Shown here piece after piece: positions 19,600 to 26,283 of a stretch of DNA of 31,769 nt (positions within the stretch are counted from its first letter, which is position 1; every line of letters begins with the position of its first letter). The notes beneath the pieces were generated by a model. That model did not search any database. It saw nothing but the letters and a program-made list of their open reading frames with translations, and had not been told where the DNA came from. The translations under genes were made by a program, and so were the position numbers. Source of the stretch: Pyrinomonadaceae bacterium (GTDB lineage: Bacteria > Acidobacteriota > Blastocatellia > Pyrinomonadales > Pyrinomonadaceae); NCBI GenBank assembly GCA_035463335.1, contig DATHTI010000210.1, forward strand, positions 1 to 31,769, written 5' to 3'.

Positions 19600-20868
19600 A
19601 TGAAGAGTTGCCCCAAGTGTAATCGTACGTTTCCGGATGAAGGTCAGAAGTTTTGCACGTTTGATGGCGGCTTATTGATAGCCCCGCAAACCTTCGATCC
19701 GAATGCGACGATGCGCGCGACGTCAATCGATCTGAACGCAACGTCGGAACGACCGACAAGTCGCGATCTACCGGATCCAAATGCAACGATCATCGAAAAC
19801 TATCCAGCGACGGTTGCATTGCCGCGCAACACTGGTCCAACTACTGGTCCGGCCGGATCAGCTCCAAATACATCGGACATCTCGCGGCCGGCAACTCCGC
19901 CGCCGCCTCCGCCGCCGGTAACTCCACCGCCACCACCGACGCCGCCTGCGGTTGAGCCACCACCGCAGCGCACGACAGGCGAAGTCGCGCCACTGGCAGC
20001 CACCGTAGCGACATCAGCTCCGTTGCCCCAGCCCGCACCATCTGCGCCTCTGCCACCGCAGCCAGTGGCGAAGAAGAAGTCGAAAGTGCCGTGGATCATC
20101 GCCGGCGTTCTGCTGTTTCTATTGCTTAGCGGTGGCGCTCTGGCCGGCATCTTCTTCGCCGTGGTGAAGCCGCGTTTGGACGAGATGGCTGCGGAAAGAA
20201 ATCCGAATCGTCCGGTTGAAAACTTAAACGCCAGCACGCCGACGCCGGCGCCTTCCGTGGAAACGCCGACGCCCGCGCCTGAGGAAGCGTTTGTGCCGCC
20301 GCCGGGAACAGTGAAGTTTGAAAACTCAAACGAAAAGCTCGACGGTAAACTAGCCGAGCACTATTTTGATTTCTCTTTTTATTATCCGCAGAACTGGAAA
20401 CGCGATCCGAAGTCAGGCGTATCAGGTGCAGTAAACTTCGTTTCAGTCGATCGCAGTCTGCCGCCGGATTTCACTCAGGAGAGTTTTGCGGTGGGCTGGT
20501 ACACCAGCACGGGAACGTTTGTTGGCGACCTGTCGAGCTATCCGCAACGTGCGGAGGAATACAGCAACTCGCTTGCGAAGCGCATTCCAGAGTATAAGAA
20601 GATCTCTGAAGGGCCAACGAAGGTCAATTCCATGCAGGGCTACGAATTCCGTTGGGAAGGCCTTTCAAAGGGAACTGACCGTGGCGACCTGAAGCTTTGG
20701 GGACGGGTCATATTTCTGCCGACCGGAACAGAAGGAGACACGACAGGCGCAACCTTGACCATGCTGACTACATCTCTCGCAGGAGAATTGTCGTCGGTTG
20801 CAGACGTAGGCGAGCGCGGCGAGATGCCGGTGATTCTGGATTCGTTCCGATTTGGCAAAAAGAAATGA
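19600..20868 (+). CDS. Single-pass membrane protein: N-terminal zinc ribbon, Pro-rich linker, extracytoplasmic C-terminal domain
   Basis: MKSCPKC...FCTFDG, poly-Pro region, KKKSK followed by a TM helix, globular C-terminal domain (FSFYYPQNW, possibly PsbP/DcrB-like). Confidence 0.8.
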   Translation: MKSCPKCNRTFPDEGQKFCTFDGGLLIAPQTFDPNATMRATSIDLNATSERPTSRDLPDPNATIIENYPATVALPRNTGPTTGPAGSAPNTSDISRPATPPPPPPPVTPPPPPTPPAVEPPPQRTTGEVAPLAATVATSAPLPQPAPSAPLPPQPVAKKKSKVPWIIAGVLLFLLLSGGALAGIFFAVVKPRLDEMAAERNPNRPVENLNASTPTPAPSVETPTPAPEEAFVPPPGTVKFENSNEKLDGKLAEHYFDFSFYYPQNWKRDPKSGVSGAVNFVSVDRSLPPDFTQESFAVGWYTSTGTFVGDLSSYPQRAEEYSNSLAKRIPEYKKISEGPTKVNSMQGYEFRWEGLSKGTDRGDLKLWGRVIFLPTGTEGDTTGATLTMLTTSLAGELSSVADVGERGEMPVILDSFRFGKKK

Positions 20869-20878
20869 AGTGGTAGCA

Positions 20879-21511
20879 ATGTCTGAAAGAAATAAAGAAG
20901 TTAATACACTAAAATTTTGGACGCCGCTGCGCGTGGCGTGCACGATGATCTCGCTGGGCCTGCTCGCCGCATTCGGTGTCTCGAGCTGCAACTCAAACGA
21001 TTCTACACCGGTTACAACGACGGCAAACCGCCCCGCGGCTTCGGCCCGTCCGGCTAGTTTGGCTATGTTGCCGCGACCGATCCTCGATGCTGAAAACAAA
21101 GCCACCAGCGGTAGTCCGATTAAACTCGGAGACTATTCAGGAAAAGTTTTACTGGTTAACCTATGGGCGACGTGGTGTGGTCCATGCCGGTCGGAGATCC
21201 CGGAGCTCGTCAAGCTTCATAAGGAGTTTCAGAGTCGTGGCGTCGAGATGATTGGACTCTCGACTGAGGATCCGGTCGCGTCTGCCGAGAGCGTGAATAA
21301 CTTTATCCGCGAATACAATGTCGATTACCAGGTCGGCTGGGCCACGCGCGAGGTAGCCCAGACGCTGATGCAGGGACGCGGTTCGATACCGCAGAGCTTC
21401 ATAATCGCGCGCGACGGGCGCATCGTAAAGCGTTTTATCGGGTTCAGAGCTGACCTCACGCCTGGCCAAATCAAGGCTGCACTCGAGGAGGCACTGGCGG
21501 AAAAGGGCTGA
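20879..21511 (+). CDS. TlpA/ResA-family thiol-disulfide oxidoreductase
   Basis: LVNLWATWCGPC, IPQSFII (cis-Pro loop), N-terminal hydrophobic anchor ending VSSC. Start at 20879. Confidence 0.92.
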   Translation: MSERNKEVNTLKFWTPLRVACTMISLGLLAAFGVSSCNSNDSTPVTTTANRPAASARPASLAMLPRPILDAENKATSGSPIKLGDYSGKVLLVNLWATWCGPCRSEIPELVKLHKEFQSRGVEMIGLSTEDPVASAESVNNFIREYNVDYQVGWATREVAQTLMQGRGSIPQSFIIARDGRIVKRFIGFRADLTPGQIKAALEEALAEKG

Positions 21512-21679
21512 TTATTCGGTCTTGTCTTCGTCCTGTTGTCGTAATCCTTCGGCGACTTCTCTCTTCGTCTCGCCTTCGAGTTTTTTCATCTCCGCTTCAA
21601 CGCGTTGTTCTGCCTGATCCATTGGCGCTGGCTCGTCCATCTCGTCCTGAGTTTTAATTTTGTTTTTATCGATACTCAT
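21512..21679 (-). CDS. Small charged protein (55 aa), not in the ORF track
   Basis: Manual translation: MSIDKNKIKTQDEMDEPAPMDQAEQRVEAEMKKLEGETKREVAEGLRQQDEDKTE. GGGAGA RBS upstream; it fills the intergenic gap without overlap. Confidence 0.65.
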   Translation of the reverse strand: MSIDKNKIKTQDEMDEPAPMDQAEQRVEAEMKKLEGETKREVAEGLRQQDEDKTE

Positions 21680-21816
21680 TTTAAGTTCTCCCGCTGACCT
21701 TTGTTCGACGATCTAGGCTAACAAGCGACACGTTACAGAAGTGCTGGGTTTTATTTACGATTCTGCTGCAAACGCTCGACAAAGATGTTGGCGCGGAGGT
21801 AGACTGCAAGACCACG

Positions 21817-22239
21817 ATGGATTTGTTCTCGAACAAAGCTGTGCGATTGCTGCTCGCGGTTAGTGTTTCGCTCTGGATGGCGGGTGGCTGCCTCCTTGGT
21901 TGCGCTAACAGCGCGCTGGGCGCCGAGGCGACTCAGAGTAGCGAGAATGTGATTGAGGCCGGCAGTAGCTGTCACGCGAGGCACGCGAAACAGGAATTAC
22001 TGGGTGTGCCGTCGTTCGTTCCGTCTCCGCGCGGGATGATGAATGAGTGTCCCCTGGTCGTGAATTCTACGGCCGTCACTTCGAAAAACAGCACATACGT
22101 ACCGGAACCCGGACGTGGTCCATTCACGGCTTTACCCAGCTTCGAGAAACAGATCGTGCACACGGACAACACCCGCGTTGCTCCGTTCCTGCCTAATCGT
22201 GGTCCAACCCACCTTCGTTGTTGTGTCTTTCTGATCTAG
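21817..22239 (+). CDS. Cys-rich exported leader-like protein ending RGPTHLRCCVFLI (putative regulatory uORF)
   Basis: N-terminal hydrophobic helix with CxxxC, SCHARH, C-terminal CC. First gene of the metal-protein operon; its 3' end can pair with the downstream SD. Confidence 0.7.
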   Translation: MDLFSNKAVRLLLAVSVSLWMAGGCLLGCANSALGAEATQSSENVIEAGSSCHARHAKQELLGVPSFVPSPRGMMNECPLVVNSTAVTSKNSTYVPEPGRGPFTALPSFEKQIVHTDNTRVAPFLPNRGPTHLRCCVFLI

Positions 22240-22336
22240 AGATCTGCCTGCCTGAAGCTCATTTTCAGCCGTGTGCTGGTGCGTTCCCGACCGGCACGCG
22301 AAACACTAATTCTCTAGAGACAGGAGTACTACAATG
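22222..22336 (+). promoter_or_regulatory. SD-sequestering RNA structure between the leader ORF and the Cys-rich protein gene
   Basis: UCUAGAGA (22235-22242) is complementary to UCUCUAGA (22311-22318). UUUCUG (22228-22233) pairs with the SD CAGGAG (22321-22326). Inner 11-bp hairpin 22270-22300 with two G-U pairs. Confidence 0.6.
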
Positions 22337-22654
22337 AAACCCCGTAAGAACACTATTCTTATTCTCCTCCTTGGTTTGCTGCTGGTTGCATTTGCAGCAG
22401 TTTCGGCCCAGACGTCCTCGCAAGGCGATCAGAAGAAGAAGTCTGAGAGTTGTTGCGCGATGGAGTCGTGTTGCGACGGCGACTCGTGCGAGATGAAAAA
22501 AGAGGGCGAGACGAATGCCGAAGGCAAACATAGTTGCTGTGGTGAGTCGTGTGACATGAAAACGAAGCACGACGCCAAGATGAAGCACGACAAAGACGGC
22601 AAGCACGAGTGCTGCAACGCCAAGACCAAGAACAAGACCAAGAAGGTAACGTAA
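22334..22654 (+). CDS. Secreted metallothionein-like Cys/His/Met-rich small protein
   Basis: AGGAG RBS, signal peptide ending VSA, 10 Cys including four CC pairs, 4 His, internal repeat SCC-x-SC[ED]MK. Confidence 0.75.
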   Translation: MKPRKNTILILLLGLLLVAFAAVSAQTSSQGDQKKKSESCCAMESCCDGDSCEMKKEGETNAEGKHSCCGESCDMKTKHDAKMKHDKDGKHECCNAKTKNKTKKVT

Positions 22655-22657
22655 GTT

Positions 22658-22678
22658 TAGCCACGGATAGCACGGATA
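22658..22678. repeat. Family B repeat, single arm within the metal operon
   Basis: TAGCCACGGATAGCACGGATA between the Cys-rich protein gene and the beta-barrel gene. Confidence 0.75.
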
Positions 22679-22687
22679 AAAAGAACG

Positions 22688-24139
22688 ATGGGATGGAAAT
22701 TCTTCGTTTACCCTGCGCTGTTGATTTTATTGGCGCAGGGTAAACCTCTATTTGCGCAACATGAGGGCCACCAGATGCCGCAGCCAAAACCTGCGGCATC
22801 GCCCTCCGCGTCACCGTCAGCGTCACCGTCAGCGTCGCCGGAGTCTACCGCTGATCACTCGGGTCACATGGACCATGGCGTCTTTGTGATGCACGACGAT
22901 CAGATGTTCATTCGTCTGGGGCAGAGAGAGGCGAACCTCGTGCCGATGGGACGAAGGATGGGCTCCGGTAGCTCGTGGCAGCCGGACTCGAGCCCGATGC
23001 CGATGCTGCACAAGCAATCGGGCGAGTGGCTGTTGATGTTTCATTACAACCTCGTCGCCGGCGTCAATCGCCAGGGTGGACCAAGAGGGGTGACGAAGTT
23101 TGAATCAGCAAACTGGTTCATGGCGTCGGCAATTCGACGTGCCGGTCCGGGAACACTCGAGCTGCGCGGTATGTTGAGTGCTGAGCCATTCACGTTTCCG
23201 CCCGGCGGCTCGCCACTGCTTTTCCAAACCGGTGAAACTTACAAAGGCGAGCTGATAATCGACCGGCAACATCCACACGATCTGTTCATGGAGCTAAGCG
23301 CGAATTACGCCGTGCCCATTGGCGACCGGGCGAGCTGGTTTGTGTATGCCGGATATCCCGGCGAGCCTGCCCTTGGTCCAAATGCATTCATGCATCGTGC
23401 GTCAGCGTCGGAAAACTCATCGGCGCCGCTCTCGCACCATTTGCAAGACTCGACGCATATCGCTTTCGGCGTGCTGACCACGGGATTCACCTATCGCTGG
23501 TTCAAACTGGAAGGCTCCATTTTCAACGGCCGCGAGCCGGGCGAGAACCGTTATAACTTCGAAGCCAATCCGTGGAGCTCGCGGTCGGTCAGGTTGTGGT
23601 TTGCGCCAAACAGCAACTGGTCCATGCAGGTGAGCCACGGGTTTTTGCGAAATCCGGAAGCGCTCGAGCCGGGCGACGTGCGTCGCACCACCGCGTCGAT
23701 CAGTTACAACAAGCCTTTTGAGCGCGGCAACTGGGCTTCGAGTTTGATCTGGGGCCGTAACCACGAGAGCCACGGCGGCGAGATTTTTAACCTGAACGGA
23801 TATGTGGCAGAATCCACATTGAGGTTTCTCGATCGGAATTACTTCTACACGCGTCTCGAATTGACGGACAAAAACCAGTTACTGCGCGATGATGATCGCC
23901 TCAGCCTCGGCATCACTGACCATCATCCGTCGTTTCGCATCGGCGCTTATACTTTCGGCGGCGCGCGCGATATTTGGAACACTGAAAAGACTTCCGTCGC
24001 GATTGGCAGCGACCTGACGTTCTATTCGAAGCCGTCGCTACTCGATCCGATTTACGGAGCGAATCCGGTTTCGTGGAAAGTTTTTGTGAGAGTAAGACCG
24101 GGTCCGATGAATATGAGCTCAATGCACGGCACGCATTAA
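22688..24139 (+). CDS. Putative outer-membrane beta-barrel with His/Met-rich termini
   Basis: Signal peptide followed by QHEGHQM and HSGHMDHG; MGSGSSWQP; amphipathic strands (WSMQVSHG, WASSLIWG, WKVFVRVRP); C-terminal MNMSSMHGTH. Confidence 0.65.
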   Translation: MGWKFFVYPALLILLAQGKPLFAQHEGHQMPQPKPAASPSASPSASPSASPESTADHSGHMDHGVFVMHDDQMFIRLGQREANLVPMGRRMGSGSSWQPDSSPMPMLHKQSGEWLLMFHYNLVAGVNRQGGPRGVTKFESANWFMASAIRRAGPGTLELRGMLSAEPFTFPPGGSPLLFQTGETYKGELIIDRQHPHDLFMELSANYAVPIGDRASWFVYAGYPGEPALGPNAFMHRASASENSSAPLSHHLQDSTHIAFGVLTTGFTYRWFKLEGSIFNGREPGENRYNFEANPWSSRSVRLWFAPNSNWSMQVSHGFLRNPEALEPGDVRRTTASISYNKPFERGNWASSLIWGRNHESHGGEIFNLNGYVAESTLRFLDRNYFYTRLELTDKNQLLRDDDRLSLGITDHHPSFRIGAYTFGGARDIWNTEKTSVAIGSDLTFYSKPSLLDPIYGANPVSWKVFVRVRPGPMNMSSMHGTH

Positions 24140-24152
24140 GGAGTACGCAATA

Positions 24153-24635
24153 ATGAAGAAAAACTGGCTATTAATTGCAGGCATCGCAGTGCTGGTTGTC
24201 GCAGCGGTGGTGATGGTCAACTCAGCAGGGAAGCAACCGCAGGTAACAGCTATCCAAAACCAGCCGCAAACACCGGCGCCTCGTCACGAGCATGCGCCCA
24301 ACACCACGGCGAAAACCGTTCCGGCGTATTTTGAGGTTGCGCCGAGCAAGTCGAATCTGGGACCAACGCTCGATCCCAACTCGTTCACTGGCATCACACG
24401 CGATGCGTATCGTGCCGCGAAAGAGATACCGGTGACGCTCGCGCAGTTGCCGTGTTACTGCCACTGCGACCAGGGCTTTGGTCACAAGAGTCTCTACAGT
24501 TGCTTTGAAGACGATCACGCGTCGCACTGCGACGTCTGCGTTCGTGAAGCACTGCTGGCGCTGAAACTAGAGAAGGAGCAGAAGATGACGCCAGCTCAGA
24601 TCCGCGACACAATCGTCGCGCAATACTCTCACTAA
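24153..24635 (+). CDS. PCYCGC-motif family protein (here PCYCHC)
   Basis: LPCYCHCDQGFGHKSLYSCF...HASHCDVC, N-terminal membrane anchor, AAGGAG RBS. Confidence 0.85.
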   Translation: MKKNWLLIAGIAVLVVAAVVMVNSAGKQPQVTAIQNQPQTPAPRHEHAPNTTAKTVPAYFEVAPSKSNLGPTLDPNSFTGITRDAYRAAKEIPVTLAQLPCYCHCDQGFGHKSLYSCFEDDHASHCDVCVREALLALKLEKEQKMTPAQIRDTIVAQYSH

Positions 24636-24640
24636 ATTCT

Positions 24641-24693
24641 TAACCACGGATTACACGGATGTGAGCCGATAAATCTGTGTAAATCCGTGGCTA
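24641..24693. repeat. Family B palindromic element at the junction of the two convergent metal operons
   Basis: TAACCACGGATTACACGGAT ... ATCTGTGTAAATCCGTGGCTA. Confidence 0.9.
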
Positions 24694-25041
24694 CTTCTTC
24701 TTGATGGCGGAGATCTTCATGGTGCCGGCGGCCGTCTCGATCGTGAAGTCGACCTGGTCGTTGACGCCGATGCCCTTCAAGAGGTTCGGATCCGTCACCG
24801 GAAATTCCATTTGCATGGCCGGCATGAGCCCGTCGATTTCGCCATGATCGATCTCGATCGCGGGTGCTTTCGGATTCGTATACACGGCTTTAACAACCCC
24901 GGCGCCTTGATATGTATTAGTTTGCACCGCCGCGGCCGGGCCGCTCGGTGTTGCTGCTGGTGCTGCTTGTTTGTTAGTTGGTGGAGCGCCGCAAGCACTG
25001 AGCAAGATCAGCGCTCCAAAGAAGATTCCTACTCGGCCCAT
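24691..25041 (-). CDS. CusF-like periplasmic copper-binding lipoprotein
   Basis: IDHGEIDGLMPAMQMEFPV is the CusF H...MxM site, with Met in place of the E. coli Trp. Lipobox LLSAC. ATG 25041 overlaps the upstream stop (TAATG); alternative start 25062. Confidence 0.85.
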   Translation of the reverse strand: MGRVGIFFGALILLSACGAPPTNKQAAPAATPSGPAAAVQTNTYQGAGVVKAVYTNPKAPAIEIDHGEIDGLMPAMQMEFPVTDPNLLKGIGVNDQVDFTIETAAGTMKISAIKKK

Positions 25042-26276
25042 TATTTGGCCGGAGAGAGCCATATACTTCGCTTCTCCTTCTCTTTCCCAATGTAGACGAC
25101 GAACAGTTTGTCGTTCGCAAATGCACCGGCAGGTAGCTCAGCGTTGGCTGCAACACTCAATGCCGAGCCGGTAGTTCCGATGTCGCGCATCTTCGTCTCT
25201 GCCGTATCGGCACTCTGCCAGACAGCTATCATACTCTGACTGCCTGCCGCGAGTGCTGGTGTGCCGCGCACGGTTTCCTGCGACAGCAACTGCCGCGGTG
25301 AGAAGCTGCGGCCTTTGTCTTTCGACTCCGCAAAGTAAACTCCCGGCGCTCCTCCTTCACCGGCTGCAAACCACACGATCTTGAGACTGCCCGAAGCACT
25401 GTCCACCGACAACGATGGTCCGGATACCGGGCATCCCTGCAACAACCAGCGATCGTCGCTGACGATCACCGGCGCGGAAAACTTCGTTCCTCCATCAGTC
25501 GAGCTCGCGACTGCGATGTGCCGATAATTTCCCGGGAGCACCTGGCGCCAACCAGCATACAACGTTCCATCAGCGGAAACAGCCAGCGAAGTCTTACAAC
25601 ACGGGCATGCGTCGGACGCAACTTTGCGATTCGCAGAGAAACTACGGCCGCCGTCGGTCGATGTCGCAAGATAAAGCTCGCGGTTGCTCTCCATATGATG
25701 GCCTTCAGCTTTTGCCGAGGGCTTTGGTGCGTGGACGTTGCGCTCGTCGAGCCAGCCGGCGTAGATCCGTCCGTCTTTTGCGACCGCAAGCGAGTGCATA
25801 CCGTGCGGGCCCGGAGTTTTGTCGTCGTTAACTTTTACTTCACTCGCAAACGTCTGACCGCGATCGGTAGAAGCAGAGAGATAGATATCGGTTCCGTGTT
25901 TGTCGCCGGCATCGACGCGCGCGGTCCAAAGAACGTAAACAGAGCCGTCAGGAGCAACGGCGATGCTGGGTTGATCGCCACGCCAGGCTGTGGTCATGCC
26001 GGGCTGGCTATTTACGCGAACAGGCGCGCCCTGCATCTCGGCCTTTTGGTTGAAATGGGCGAGCATGACGTCGGCCTGTTTGGCGTTGTGATTGACCCAC
26101 GCCACATAGAATGTGCCGTCCGGGGCTGTAGCCGTCGCCGGTTCTGCCGCATCGATTCCCGCGGCGGAGATCTGAACTGGTTGTGGTGGAGCGGTGTCGC
26201 GGGTTGCGGCGACGTGTTTGCAACCCGCGAGCGCGATTAAAACGACACCAGGGAGCAGTAATTTAAGTAATGACAT
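25041..26276 (-). CDS. BNR/Asp-box beta-propeller lipoprotein ('sialidase family') with CPCC and His/Met motifs
   Basis: Lipobox LAGC, four Asp-boxes (STDRGQTF, STDGGRSF, STDGGTKF, SKDKGRSF), ACPCC, HGMH, GHHM, GCP. Confidence 0.8.
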   Translation of the reverse strand: MSLLKLLLPGVVLIALAGCKHVAATRDTAPPQPVQISAAGIDAAEPATATAPDGTFYVAWVNHNAKQADVMLAHFNQKAEMQGAPVRVNSQPGMTTAWRGDQPSIAVAPDGSVYVLWTARVDAGDKHGTDIYLSASTDRGQTFASEVKVNDDKTPGPHGMHSLAVAKDGRIYAGWLDERNVHAPKPSAKAEGHHMESNRELYLATSTDGGRSFSANRKVASDACPCCKTSLAVSADGTLYAGWRQVLPGNYRHIAVASSTDGGTKFSAPVIVSDDRWLLQGCPVSGPSLSVDSASGSLKIVWFAAGEGGAPGVYFAESKDKGRSFSPRQLLSQETVRGTPALAAGSQSMIAVWQSADTAETKMRDIGTTGSALSVAANAELPAGAFANDKLFVVYIGKEKEKRSIWLSPAK

Positions 26277-26283
26277 ACCGTGT

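Noticed and set aside
22796-22840. 12-bp tandem repeat as a contingency locus
   Set aside because: It is in-frame and degenerate at third positions, so it is an ordinary ASPS linker that cannot cause frameshift switching.
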